Shown here: piece after piece, positions 47,801-60,413 of the stretch
Position numbering within the stretch: position 1 is the stretch's first letter
Layout: each line of letters starts with the position of its first letter
Origin: Calcarisporiella thermophila CBS 279.70
Lineage: Eukaryota > Fungi > Calcarisporiellomycota
Direction: 5' to 3'
DNA: 64,000 nt
Assembly (NCBI RefSeq): GCF_041956535.1
Contig: NW_027192211.1
Location: forward strand, 303,516-367,515
The notes under the pieces: generated by a model
Seen by the model: only the letters and a program-made list of their open reading frames with translations
Told to the model about the DNA's origin: nothing
The model's database searches: none
Program-made: the position numbers and the translations under genes

Positions 47801-49416
47801 ACCGGAAGACTTATGGTGAAGAGGGCAACATTTTCACCCGAAAAACTAGCCACCACCCACCTATCGCTAGAGGAAGACAGCCTTTCGATAGCAGTATAGG
47901 TGATGATTCCTAGGGGTCATGCAAAAAAGGGAGAGGAGGGAAATGAGAGGACAGTATTAGAGGGGGGGGGAGGGAGGAGGGTTAAACTATTTGCAAATTT
48001 AAAACGAATGACGAGTCTATACTTGAGATGTCTCCGGAAAATACTCGAGATGCAACAGGCCTAAAAGTAAAGGTAAAACATCAGCTAACCTCGGAGGAGA
48101 GGCTGGAAATTATATCTCCCAATGGCTATGGATAGATACTCTTTAGCTGAGTTCCCCTCAGAGCTGGTTGCGTCTTTCAAGGAATAGGCATAGATATCCC
48201 CAAACTAGAACAATGGAGTTCGTATTATTGTCATTTATCCAGGCACTCATGTTGAGCTATTTTTACCTCGCTCCAAACTATTATTTGCTCTGCTGATAAA
48301 AATTTTGCTCCAACCCACCGACCACTCTCGGGAATGCACTTGACTTTTAGGAAGGAAGAGACTCTATCTGCCGCCAACTGAACCACCTATTTCGAACAGG
48401 AAAAAAAAAAATAAAGATTTTTTCATCCCATTTAAACTATCTGAATCGCATACGTGAATACATTCAGGCGACAATGTCAGCACCATATCCTTGCGCCATT
48501 CATTCATAAGCAACTCTTTCACTTGGCGGCAATCCTCAAGCATGAGTATGCCCTCGTTGATACGGGAGATGACGAGCTGCTCGTCGATGGACCATGTGCT
48601 TAAGAGGCCGCTGAACGTCGCGGTAAGGAGAGTGGAGCTAGTCGTTTCTATCTCGAATGGTCAGTGAGAATGGAAATGGTGGGTAGAAATGGAAAGCCTC
48701 ACCTTGACCCTGGAATGGTGAAACAGTGGCCCAATTCTTATGCCCTCCCCATATCCGAATTGTCTAAAAACCCAATAATAAAAATGCCTCCATTAGCAAA
48801 TACGTAACAGCGCAGGTCGAAATGGAAAAAGATACCTCCAAGCTTATTAAGTCCAAAATACATATCTCGCTCATTAAGCCCGAAATTAAGAGATACTCTT
48901 TTGAAAATGCTTGGTATATTAAAAGCTTTAAGGGTTTGCCACTATAGCCCCGAGAATTCACGGCAAGGCACCGGCCATCCAATAGACTCCAGCGAGCAAT
49001 CTCACTAAAAGAAAGATAAATGCTTCACGTATAAATCCTGAGCGCACACAAGTGAAGGGATGTGGCATTATTACCCGTCCGCTGCCCCGCTCACAATGGC
49101 TCGCTCCTCCTCGTCCTCTTCGTTCGTCACTACTACACACGTCACCGGAGCAGAGTGGCCAACAAGCAGGAGTTTGGGCAACAGCTTGTTCACAGCCAAG
49201 CACCCCTAAATCAGTTTTCATTTTACACAAACTTGATGCACCCGAAGGCAAAAATACCTGGATCTCTTCATGTTCCGAATGCTGAATACTCCAGATTAGT
49301 AGAGTGCCGTCACTGTGTCCAGTCACTATGTAGGAGGATGTCGCGTATGTACACGTTACATCAGCAGACGGAGGGCAAGACCAGAGCACTAGAGGAAGGA
49401 TTAAAGACGAAGCCAT
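44818..49416 (-). CDS. WD40 protein, WDR7/WDR72 (Rabconnectin-3 beta)-like, about 13 exons
   Basis: N-terminus LILPLVLWSCPPS...IVTGHSDGTLLIW...LLVGHSAPVTC; DGRCL; CVVAIAEDHSVSI...LFPGHPYP; LAKYWQDPQSDIQEAARSL; C-terminus QRLAVGTLEG...HARAVAAVSFSADGK. All introns frame-consistent. Confidence 0.85.
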
Positions 49417-50833
49417 ATAACACTGACGCGGATATACTATACAACTCCAATTTTTCTAATGGGATTCAAAAACTCGGCCGCCACTATGACTTTTCTTCAC
49501 GTCTTCTTTGCCATGAGCAAGTGGCTTGTTGAAGATCTGCTGGGAGGCCGGGGCCACAGTCACGGCGTGCTCCGAAGAATCTCATTTCCATGCCAGAAAA
49601 CTGGCTCAGCAATTTGATGTTTGGTCGATCTGCAAATAACTGGATGCACTTCGCTTTGGCCCTATCCGGTCTCTCGTTTTAAACTCAAGAGCATCATAAA
49701 ATAAACCGTCCGACACATCACATAATCATACTCCTATATCAGGTTCAACCCTACGGCAGTGTCTTTCCTTTCACCCCAACTAACTCAATTTTTGCCTCCA
49801 TTCTTCCTTCTCTCCCTCGGCACTTCCCTCTTGGTCTATAATTGTGGCCTGCAGGCCTTGCTTTGGCCGTCCGCCTCGTAAGAGGTGCCTGCAGTGTCCG
49901 TGAACCCATTCGTAAATGGCTTTGGCAGCAAAGTGCGATAGAGTTCCACTGTCCGGCAGCCAAATAATGTGCATTATAAAACATCGATGAGTCCCAAAGT
50001 GCCACCAATAAATAGGAGATGGCGTACGACTGAAAGCCTATACATTCAGAATTCCTTTACTAGCGTGACTTGAAACGCACCCAACTTGGGTGCCATTCGT
50101 GTCAAATTGGGTCTTGTAAAGACTAGTAAAATCAATAATGACGCTAATCTTCTCTGCGGAAGCTCCCTAGTCATGGGGAGAGAGGAGGGGAGAATGATCG
50201 CCATACTTGCCTGGTTTCAAACCTGCGACTCCAAAACCTCACTGCCTCAACTCGGGTGGGCCGAGCTTGGCCCAAGTACGATTAAACAGGTCGGCTCCTC
50301 CACCCGGGGCGCAAGCCGAGGGAGGGGAAATGGCAAGAGATGCTTCGGGGCAGAGATATTCGACGGGCTTGCGTGGAGCCGCGTCCCGAGGAGCGACCTG
50401 TGTGGAAATGGATGCAGATTCATGGAGGAGTGGGGTGGCACAAGCTCTCGAGAATCGCGGGCCTTTTCACGTTTTTCTCAAATTGCGGCGATGCACTCGA
50501 AAACGGGTCGCCCAAAAATGCGAAAATGAAATATTGTAGAAGTAATAACTCTTGTATTAACGATCGAGTTTTCCGGTCTGTTCCCGCTGCCGCCACCCCC
50601 GACTCCCCGCCTTTGTTTATTTTTTTTTCCCCCAGGCCTTGTCTCGAGGAACGCAAGCTCGCCTATTTCCCCCGCCCCCTCCCCAACTCATCGTGCGCTT
50701 CATCCGCATAGTACCTCTGCTTTTCCCTCTAATGACTTTCATCTCTCATTGCCTCTAAAATCTCTCCATCATTCCCCTAGTCTATTTTATCCCTCCTCCG
50801 CATATCATTTTACACACCCATTCGTAAATTACA

Positions 50834-52860
50834 ATGCCATGTTGCGCTTTGCCACCAGCATGTGCTCGTTTGCCTGTCGGCATTCGGATTATGCTCTTCA
50901 CCCTCATTCCATGTATCGTCGTGTTCATTCTATTCTTTGTTACCCTCTTCAAAATGAACACCGTCAATGCAGCCGGTCCCTCCATTCATCAAGGTTGGTC
51001 AGGATTGAATTTGGGATAGCACTTTGTGCAATTTTACGCTAACTTGAATGTGAACAACTCGTAGATATCATCCAATATCTACCAAACACTACATTTGTGG
51101 GAGCGGATGGGCTGTCACCCAGCAAGATTTATGCCGATGGAGTGATGCAGGTCCCCAACTTCCCGGGACCAGAGAAGAGCGGGCTCTCGGTAAGAGTTGA
51201 AAGCCCTCTTAGGTAAAGAGCACCGAGGAAGGACCCCTCACCCCCCCCCCCTTTTGATTCTGTTGCTAGGGCATCCTTTACGAGCAAACTTGCAATCCAT
51301 CCTCGGACGCATCGAATCCTGCCAGGCCCAAGCCTCGAATCGCCCTTGTGGGCCAAGGCGATTGCTCCATCCTCATCCAACTCACGCTGGCTCGCCATTC
51401 AGAATCGGCGTCGGCCGCTATCCTCTATGGCGAAGACGACATCATAAAGACCGTTGCCAAGAGCGGAGGGCGTATCCCCGTTTTCTACGTGCCTAAAGTG
51501 GCAGGTGTGGAGTTGCAGGAAACTCTACGTTCCCAGAACAACACCGACGGGCGGTGGGTCCGAGTGGTGCTTATCCCCGCGGTGCAGAGCTCTGCGGGGA
51601 TATGGGAGCTCACCCTCATTCTAGTCGTGGTACTACTCGCCATCTCGCTCATGACGTCGGCAGCGTTGCAATGCCATATGTGGAGATCGAGACGGCGCCA
51701 GGCCCCATTCGACGACCTGCTCGAGCTTGCGATGAACGCACAGCCTCGCCCCAAACCAAAACTCACCGTTCCCCCCGAAGTCCTGGCCACCTTCCCCGTG
51801 CGAAGCTACTGCCCTCCCAACGCGCACCTCCAAGTGAATTCACGCCCAACGTCTCGCCGCCCGTCGAGCGCCTCGGTCAACAGCAACCGGTCGCTACGGG
51901 CGATCGAGCTGGCCACTGCCCTGGATCGGAGACCCAGTGTGGCGTCGAGCGTGATGAGCGTGGACACCTGCGCCGTCTGTATAGAGAGCTACAAACCGGG
52001 CGATCAGATTCGGCGGCTCCTTTGTCAACACGAATTTCACGTAGAGTGCATCGGTAAGCATCCGTGGCTCCCCACGATAACCTAACATAAATGGCCCCGC
52101 TCATTCATTGCCTTTTCCCCCCTCCATTTTAGATCCATGGCTGACGGAAAAGAGTGCGACTTGTCCACTTTGTAAATATCTTTGTGTCTCCGAGGACCCA
52201 TCCGACCAGACCGAGAAACCAAATCCCACCCCCGCCGCTGATAATACGCCGGCAACAGAAGCAGATGCGGACGACGAGGCATTCACCACAGAACGGAGGC
52301 CAAGTGCATGGCGGTTATGGTGCGGAAGCTCGACGCGGGTGGATGAAGACGGCGATGGCGTGTCCACCGTGGGGTACGTGAGCCCGATTGGCAGCCCAAC
52401 CAGCCCTACCAGTCCCGTGAGCTCACATAGTCAGGGGGCATTACCGCCCGACCTTGTGGTGGTGGATTTGGAGATGGGGACTAGTTCAGAGGAGGGCAAA
52501 GATCCAGAAGAGGGGGCGACCCAAGGCGACAGAGCGATCGCAGGAGAGGGTGCCGAGGAGAGCGCGCCCCACGAGGTAGCCATACCCATGGGCGAGGATG
52601 AAGGAGCGATAGCAGAAAAGGCACACAGTGAAAAGGCTCCGGTTGAAAGCACACAAAATGTAGCAGTACCAGCTGGAGAAACGCAAGTCGAGGATACGCC
52701 GGCCGATTTGGTGCAAGAGGAGCTAGCTGTCGAGACACTGAGCGAAGCGAGAGAAACCTCCACCAATGATACCCTTTCCACCCCGTCACCAAAAGTGACA
52801 TCAGCACCTGTGGACGACCCATGCACTGAAGAGCTGAACGACGAGAAGACAAGCCGATAG
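50834..52860 (+). CDS. PA-TM-RING-H2 E3 ubiquitin ligase (RNF13/RNF167/Goliath-like)
   Basis: Hydrophobic N-terminal segment; PA domain [11 protein letters not shown]...AAILY; [20 protein letters not shown]; RING-H2 [43 protein letters not shown]. Confidence 0.9.
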
Positions 52861-53328
52861 TTTGCATTGCATTGATACCAATCCTTTTTTTTTTTACTTT
52901 CTTCCCATCCTGCATATTCTGTCATACTCTTGTTTATTTTATTTCAAACCTCTAATTGCCATAATATACAATTTCAATTTCAATGAGCAAAGCATGTGGT
53001 TTATTTGTCCAAAAAAAAAAGGTCAGAGCAATGAAACATGAAAGTGTCAAAAAAAAAAGAAATAAATAATAATATTAAGAAAAAGAAAATCAAAGTTAGA
53101 AAAATTAAAATTAGTTCCAGCAATGTAATAGGAAAAAAAAAAGACAAGAAAGAGCAAGCGTTAGCTTCAAAAAAATAAACAAACAGTAATTTCAACCAAG
53201 ATATTATAAAGTAGAAAAACTGATGGAAACAGGGGGTTACTACACAACGAGGGAAAATAAACACTCACAATATCACAATGTGTATATGAAAAAAAAAAGG
53301 ATATGGGAAAATAAAAGCAAACATAATT

Positions 53329-54468
53329 TCAAAACTCAAGGGGAAAGATATCCTCCTCCACGTTGAACCAGTCTTCGTTGCCGTCCTTTTCGCAATCCAC
53401 GTCATCTTCAAGCGGGACCGGCCGCGAGAAATGCATCCCATCGTTCACATCGTCCGACCAAGAGAAGGCAACCCCGGAGTCGAAGCAGGCGGCCCCGGCG
53501 GCAAAAGCGTCCGCCGAGAGGAGCATGTTCGCGGGCGAGGCGAACGAAGGGCCGTAGCCTTCATCGACATCCAGCCTGTCATGGATGACAAGAGGCCCTG
53601 CCGACTCAACCCACGCTCGTACGTCCGAGATGGAGGGCCGCTGCTCAGGGCGGATGTCCAGCAAGGCCCACACGATCCCCAGGCACTCCCGCGAGAGCAT
53701 GGGGAACATGCGGCGCAGCACCTGGGGATCCTTCTGATACGCCCCGAAGACGGGGTCCCGCTTTGGGCTTGCCTCGCGCCAAGGGTTTTTCCCCGTCAGC
53801 AGCGCAATGAGCAGGATGCCCAAGGCCCAGACGTCACCCTTGGCGGAGTGGTACGGACCGGTGTGGTCGGAGGCGTCCAAATGCTGCTCGGGAGCGAGGT
53901 ACGGCAGACTGCCGCACCCGTATTCGCTCGAGAGCCTGTCCGGGGTGGCCAGGCCGAAGTCGGCGAGTTTAAGATGGGGGGGCGAGCGGTTGGAAGGGAC
54001 AGGGCGGAGGAGTAGGATGTTTTCGGGCTTGATGTCGCGATGGTAAATCCCCCTTGAGTGGCAATGCTCCACCGCGTCCACCACCTGGAGAAAGCACTCC
54101 TTTGCGACCTCCGAGTCCAGCCTGCCTTGCTCCATGATCATCTCGTATACGTCTCCACCCGTGCACAACTCCAGAATCAGGTAGAACGCGTCGTCCGCGT
54201 CAACCACGTCTCGCAGGTGGAGGATGTTAGGATGGGGAGGAAGCATGGAGTGGAGAAGCGCCTCCTGGTGCAGCAGGCTATCCTGACCCGGGTCTCCACT
54301 CTTGGCAAGGCGTTTAACCGCGTGGAAGATATTTTCGCGGTCGCGGGCAAGGTATATTTGGCCGAACGAGCCCGTGCCCAGAACAGAGAGGGGCTCCAAG
54401 TCGGAAGGTAGAGGGGTGCCGATGAGGGGCTTTGAGAGATCGCTCAGTTCGGAGAAGTGAGTAGTCAT
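53329..54468 (-). CDS. Ran1/Pat1 (Sks1/Vhs1)-family Ser/Thr kinase, single exon
   Basis: LGTGSFGQIY; HRDIKPENIL; LADFGLATPDRLSSEYGCGSLPYLAPE; GDVWALGILLIALLTGKNPWREAS (family-typical). Confidence 0.88.
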   Translation of the reverse strand: MTTHFSELSDLSKPLIGTPLPSDLEPLSVLGTGSFGQIYLARDRENIFHAVKRLAKSGDPGQDSLLHQEALLHSMLPPHPNILHLRDVVDADDAFYLILELCTGGDVYEMIMEQGRLDSEVAKECFLQVVDAVEHCHSRGIYHRDIKPENILLLRPVPSNRSPPHLKLADFGLATPDRLSSEYGCGSLPYLAPEQHLDASDHTGPYHSAKGDVWALGILLIALLTGKNPWREASPKRDPVFGAYQKDPQVLRRMFPMLSRECLGIVWALLDIRPEQRPSISDVRAWVESAGPLVIHDRLDVDEGYGPSFASPANMLLSADAFAAGAACFDSGVAFSWSDDVNDGMHFSRPVPLEDDVDCEKDGNEDWFNVEEDIFPLEF

Positions 54469-55361
54469 GTAGAGGGGGAGAAGATGCGGAGGGTATGGGG
54501 AGATGGCGAGGGTGAGCGGAGATGTCCCAAGTGAACCCGGGTAATAACAAGAAATACAACCCAATATATAGAGGAAATAATTAACAAAGACGCACAACGA
54601 CCAGCGCAAAATGGAAGATGGAGGGGGAGGAGATCAAGGGAAAAGGAGCATGATTCCGGGGGGGAGGAGAAGCTTTTGCAATTTCTAAGAAAGATTAATT
54701 TGCCTTTGCGTGGAGATGGAAGAGAATGTGGCACCCTTGGTGCAACCGAATCATGCTTCGAGCTGTGGCGGGCGGGGAGATTGCAAATGAGAGAAGGAAG
54801 AATGCAAGGAGGTCGAGGGCAATGCTGGGATGCACGGGCGATAGAGGAGGTGTGGAGTGCAGGCAAGCGGGAGGGGGAGAGGGGAAGCAAGGGGAGGAAG
54901 GGCGGCAGGCCTCCAACGACCCCTTCGCCATATATAACCCAAGGCCCAAACCTTTTTTCTCGACTCTTTTAGCAATAAATTAATTAGAACTGTAATTCTC
55001 CTCAGCTGACCATCAAAACAACTTCCTTTTTCCTCCGCCTTGCAGCCATTCCTCTGTTCCCCAAGCCCTCATCCGTGACAGCCATGACCGAATGCTTCGC
55101 ACACCCGCTCCCACAGTCTGGAACGCGATGCGCAATAATGCTTTGCACCCAAATGTTTTTTTTTCTTTTTGCCCCAAAAACTTGGTTTTTTTATTTCTTT
55201 GCTTCGGCCGACCTTGCGCAGAATATTTGTTCGCTTGCATTGACCTAACTCTTTTCCAAGAATAGGAAGAGAAGAAAAACAAAAAGAAGACGGCGTTTCG
55301 CGGCAGCGTACCTCTCCCCACCCCTCCTCTAGGTGCAAGCGCGAAAAAATAAAAGATTTTG

Positions 55362-55445
55362 TGACGAGGATGGGATTCGAACCCACGCCTGCTGACGCAG
55401 ACTAGGACCTGAACCTAGCTCCTTGGACCACTCGGACACCTCGCC
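55362..55445 (-). tRNA. tRNA-Leu (CAG), long variable arm, intronless
   Basis: Reverse complement GGCGAGGTGTCCGAGTGGTCCAAGGAGCTAGGTTCAGGTCCTAGTCTGCGTCAGCAGGCGTGGGTTCGAATCCCATCCTCGTCA; anticodon loop TT-CAG-GT; discriminator A; TATATA about 30 nt upstream; oligo-T downstream. Confidence 0.93.
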
Positions 55446-57114
55446 TCGCTTGATTCGGAATCAGTCGGCGGCTATATAAACCTCAAATCTGAGCCTAGAA
55501 ATTGGACTCCCGAGTTTATCCCCGCCATCCGTAACCGAAAAAAAGTTCCTCCTTGCCAAACCTCGCCGGCTAAACTCTCATAACAAAAACTAGCCTTTCT
55601 GGGGTTGTGTCCATTCTTTGACACCATCGATCAGCTCTTTGACACATTATTTGACTCTTGCGGTGTAAACGGAGCAGGTTCTTCTTCCAAGCTCCAATTC
55701 CGCACCTCAGCGTGTTTGGCATAGTTTCTGGCCGAGATGGTATATTTGTAAGCGTGACTGATTGGATTCTTGCTTAACGGGCCACGATTTATGCTGCATG
55801 GCTAGTGCGACATCTTGTTGAGGAATAGTGTGCTTTATTAAAGGATCCAAAATGGCGGAGGAAATTTTGATTTCACGATAGCGAATGCATTCACTTAGTC
55901 CACCCTGTACCAATGGTCTCTCCGACGCACTCGTCTCCTCGGATCTCCTCGAAATCATAAACCTCTGCCACCCAGAGCCCATCGTGTCGTATCCTCCGCG
56001 AGGCCTAATACAGTAACTAATGGTCCACTTTTTCCCAGAGTCATTAAACTCCAATTCCAAACTAAGGGCTCGGCTTCCAACTCTTCGGCCTACTGAGGGT
56101 GAGCCTTCACCTTTTTTTTTCCACATCTCTTCTCCCTTTGTATTTGAACTCTGAGCAACCTCGCCACCGATAGCTCTAGGATTTCCATTGCTAGGGAGAT
56201 AATTAGGGCCAACGAGACATGGACGCCCTATTGAAGTAACTGCACCCCGTTGGCTCGAATCAACACATGTGGCAGCCTGAGTACTGCTATGAGAGGAAAG
56301 TAGAATCGAGGACGCGACTCAGATGGACTATTTTCTCCTTTTAATCCCACCAGGGTTAATAGCATATCTATGGTTTATCATCGCTTGATATGAGATGAAC
56401 CAATCCAACTCGAATTTTGCCCTGTGCACTGTCTCCTTTGGCATACCCAAAGAATCCTAAAAGCAAGGCTCTAAAGAATGCCGAACGGGAGGGTCAGTCG
56501 AGCCAAAACCCACCCGGAACTTAGAAAATGGACAGTCAATCCCATTGAAAGAAAAAAAAAAGGAAAACTAAGTTATTAAAAACTCCGTTCAAAAACACAC
56601 GTACCTATTCTTTGATACATGACACTTCGATTGGATATCAGCTTCAGCTTCTTTTTAATGGATTACACTCCATCAAAAAAATCGTATATGAAGAGAAGGG
56701 TGAAAATATTGGACAAAAGTAACTTATGACTGTCAGTATTGGCCATGAAGCCTTCAGCTCAGGTCTGGCTGGCTGAGAACGGAGGAAGAGGGAGAAACAG
56801 GAGACGCTGTGACGGTGCAGAGCATAGTATTGTGGGAGTATTCTACAAGGGGAACCCTCTTCCCCCGTTTTTGCACCAAGCCATTTTTCTTCTGTTCTCT
56901 TTGGCATTGCTATTTCTGATTCCATATTCAAAGGAAGAAAGCCTAAGATATTTTCATTTTTGGACAGTGGCCTATTAGGTTCAGTGGCGAACATGGCCAC
57001 ACAGATGCAGGTATTCAATCGCCGACCCCCTAGTATCTTATCAATTTTCGTTTAATTATTTTTTATTCGGTGTCTAGTCGATTGCATTCTCTTTACCCCC
57101 ATTGTTTGCAAGAA

Positions 57115-58364
57115 ATGTTTGAAAAATTTGAACAGTAAGGGTAGTTCCGTTGTGCATTCCTGTCCAAATTCGATCGTAAAACCGGCCATTATCTTGATGT
57201 TCTTTTTATCTATGTTAGGATAGGTTTTATAGGGCTGGGATCGATGGGCCTGCCTATGGTATGTCATTCCCCTCGTGGGAATCATCATCCGCGCTGGAAT
57301 CCACGCTCATTCATTCCATGACTATGCTTTTAGGCCTGTAATGTTCAGCGCTATCTCAGTTCCGTACCTCGCCATGGCAAGGATCTCCTGGTGTTCAACC
57401 GCACCCCTTCGCGCGCTGATCGTGTGCTTAAAATGGGCGCCAAACTCTCATCCTCTGTGGAGCAATTGCTTGACACATGTCAATTGATCTTTACCTCTCT
57501 TGCGGATGACACGGCCGTGTTGGAGATTTTCGAACAATTGCTGGAACAATGCGATAAAGCCGCAGGGAAGGTGTTTGTTGATTTGTCAACCATAGCTCCC
57601 GAGACCGCCACGAAGATAGAGAGCGAAGTCAAGAAATGCGGCGCGCATTTCTTAAGTTGCCCCGTCATTGGTAAGTAGAGCGACGAGAATGAGCCCCCCG
57701 CGTAATAATGTATTCATTTCTTGATCGCGTTGGTGTGTAGGCCCTCCCGCCAAGGCCGAGAGCAAAGATCTTCTTTGCGTCCTTTCCGGCCCAAAAGAAC
57801 TAAAGGCCAAGCTCGAGCCTCTATTTCTCGGCGGCATTGGGCGCAACATCCACGATGTTGGAGAGGAGCCCGCTCAAGCCGCCAAGGTGAAGCTCATCAT
57901 GAATTCGTTCATCCTGGGAACGTTTGAGCTAGTTGCGGAGGCCACCACGATGGCCGAAGCCTCAGGGATCGGAGGAAATCGAATGCTCGACGTGCTGGGT
58001 GACTATTACGGGGAGAAGGCCCCATTTTTGGTCAAGGGCAAAGACATGGTAGAGGAAAATTACAGGGTGAAAGAAGGAGAGAAGGCGGGGTTTTCTATCT
58101 TGAACGCATTGAAGTGAGTGAGACAATTCCTCCCCCTGTGTTTTCCAGTGACCACATTCCCACCATTAATTCGGATCTTGGCTTTCCAGAGATTGTAGGC
58201 ACATCCTCTCCCTTAGCAGCCAGACCAAGGTGGACGTCTCGGCCGTAAAGGTGGCCCACGGCAACCTTGAAAAGGCCAAGGACATGGTGGGGGGAGACAT
58301 GGATATATCCGCCATAGTGCTGCCGTTAAAAGAGCAGGCCGGTGTACGCGCCACCCGACGTTAA
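57115..58364 (+). CDS. Beta-hydroxyacid dehydrogenase (3-hydroxyisobutyrate dehydrogenase/glyoxylate reductase family), 5 exons
   Basis: MFEKFEQIGFIGLGSMGLPMA; VFNRT; VFVDLSTIAPET; FLSCPVIGPP; catalytic-Lys motif AAKVKLIMN; ALKD. Confidence 0.88.
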
Positions 58365-58724
58365 TCAGGGTGGCCCCTCGTGTGCCCCTCCCTTCCTCTC
58401 CCCCACCTCACCCCCGGTTTTCCTTTCTCTAGTGCAGAGTTTTTGATCCATTTTTCATCCCCATCTTGTTCTTAGTAAACCTCTTATTGAAATAAAAAAA
58501 TAAAATAAATAACATAAGGGAGGACACACCGTGAAAAGCAGTTCGCAACAGGAGGCAGAGGTATATATGGAAAGGAGTCACAATAGGCATTAGGAATCGT
58601 ATGAGAATAGTAAGTAATGTAGAGTAAAATAAGAAAAGAGAAGAGAAAGGAGAAGAAAAAAATAAGAAAAAACACATCGTAACGATAGAAATACAGCGCA
58701 ATCAAATATAAATATAGAAAGACA

Positions 58725-60048
58725 TTATGCAAACAACAATCCTCCCCGATCCTGGCGCCTTCGTGACTTTTCCTTCTCCGACCCATCCTTCTTCGGGTGG
58801 TATTCCGACAGCTCCACCCTCTCCTGATACACCCCCCCTCCGTTCTCGTCGCTCTCCCAGTAGCTGGGCGGGATGTCGCGGCACACTTCTCGGTAGGGGG
58901 GGAGCTCGTCGCCCTCCTTCTGGTCCTCGAGCAAAGGGATGAACACGACCCGGAGTGGGACCCGGAGGTACAGCGTTCGATCGCCGTTGGCGAAGTGAAT
59001 TTCAATTTCAAAGTGGTGCTCAATGGAGCAGAGCGGGCACTCGTAGCTCGGCCGGAGCTTTGGCGAGGACAGTGGAAGGCGGATGAGGAAGGAGGGCGCG
59101 GTGTCGCCGGGAGAGGTTGGGGCCAGCGAGAAGTCGAGGATGGAGCGAGGAAGGGTTTGGGCGGGATGCAGAGGAACCCGAGTCACTTGCTGGAATGTGG
59201 GGTAGGATAGGGAGAAGGGGTCGCCAAACAGCGCGGAGTCGTCAATATCGCGTCTTGGTAGCCTGAAAAGAGAAGTGAAAGAAGCAGCCCAGGAGGGGTT
59301 AGTTCGGGGGAGAGGTGGTGGGGGGGGGGGGACCCTAAGGGAGATACACATTGTGGCTGGGCTCCTACCTGAAGGTCTCGCACTGTACTAGATTCACCAC
59401 GAGTTTGGACACCTTCTCCAAGGGCCAGACTCGGGCCTCCACCGCGACCGTAGCAAAGTCGGCAGGGACCCATTTACTCACGTTAAACTCGAAGCCCACC
59501 TCGCCCTCGTCGCGTTTGCCATAGTAGCAAACCTTGGGCGGCTTCATGTGGAAAACTCCACAGTATCGGGGCAGGAAGTGGTGCACGATGGACACGTCCT
59601 TGACGGAAATCAGAGGATTCGACATGGTGGTATGATTCATGGAAATCTTGGCCGTCAGCGAGTAGGACACCTTGCCATCCGGATGGTCGAACGAGGGGGG
59701 GAGATGACCAGGCACCGTCACCTCAAAGCCCAGGTCGGTCACCCCGTCCGGCAACGATCCATCCTTCAGCAGCCAGTGCTTCGATCTTCGTAAATACTGG
59801 CACCCATCGTTGCCCTCAATCAGGCCCGAGCGGGCGGCCGAGTCTCCTATGAACACCTGGCACAGGCCCTTGAACGACAGGGTGACCGAGGCGTTGCGCA
59901 GCGGCTTCGACAGGACAAGCCGAACTTTTCCGCGCAGCTTTTTGCGACGCAAGCGCTCCTGGCCTTCGAAGACGACGGTGTCGATGCAGAGGATATCACA
60001 TGCGATGACATGCTTTTGGAGCTTGGAGGTGAGCAGACCCGTGACCAT
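58725..60048 (-). CDS. Second alpha-arrestin-like protein with PY motifs, 2 exons
   Basis: LRGKVRLVLSKPLRNASVTLSFKG; LPDGVTDLGFEVTVPGHLPPSFDHPDGKVSYSLTA; CSIEHHFEIEI; tail LPPY and PPSY. Confidence 0.8.
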
Positions 60049-60413
60049 CTGGAGCGATGGGCTTGTGGTTTATGCAGGTTTCCAGAAAAGAGAGCAAGGG
60101 ATGTTGTCAATGGCAATCGGCGGAATTAATTGTGGGGATGATCCCAACCCGGTAATGTCTTGTATTATTTTTGTTTGTTGGTAAAGAAAATCTTGTTTTT
60201 TTTTCTCCCAGATTCCAATTTGAATTTGGGATTGAATCTTAAAGATCCAGAATTTTGTTCTATGTTCTTGAAATGAGTTTGTCCTCAAATAAATATCGTG
60301 AAACAATTACAATTAATGCAAACGGGATAAAGTGGTGAAAAACCGAACGAGGGAGAGGGGGCCAAACAGGGAAGCTAAGTCGAAAATATACAGTGCGGGG
60401 GGGTTTCTATAGT

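Noticed and set aside
49500-50750. Short ORFs between WDR7 and the RING ligase (likewise 55500-57000 and 62000-63200)
   Set aside because: No motifs or coherent splice models; treated as intergenic or promoter DNA.
55362-55445. tRNA-Sec (TCA) or CUG-reassigning tRNA-Ser(CAG)
   Set aside because: The 7-nt loop TTCAGGT centres on CAG, with U33, G37, discriminator A and a normal 7-bp acceptor stem, so it is an ordinary Leu tRNA. No in-frame TGA was needed in any gene model.
4641-60048. Apparent cluster of ubiquitin/endomembrane genes (CUE, OTU1, two arrestins, SEC24, Vps39-like, WDR7, PA-RING)
   Set aside because: They are interspersed with unrelated housekeeping genes, these classes are common, and no shared regulatory signal was seen. 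Synteny data would be needed.
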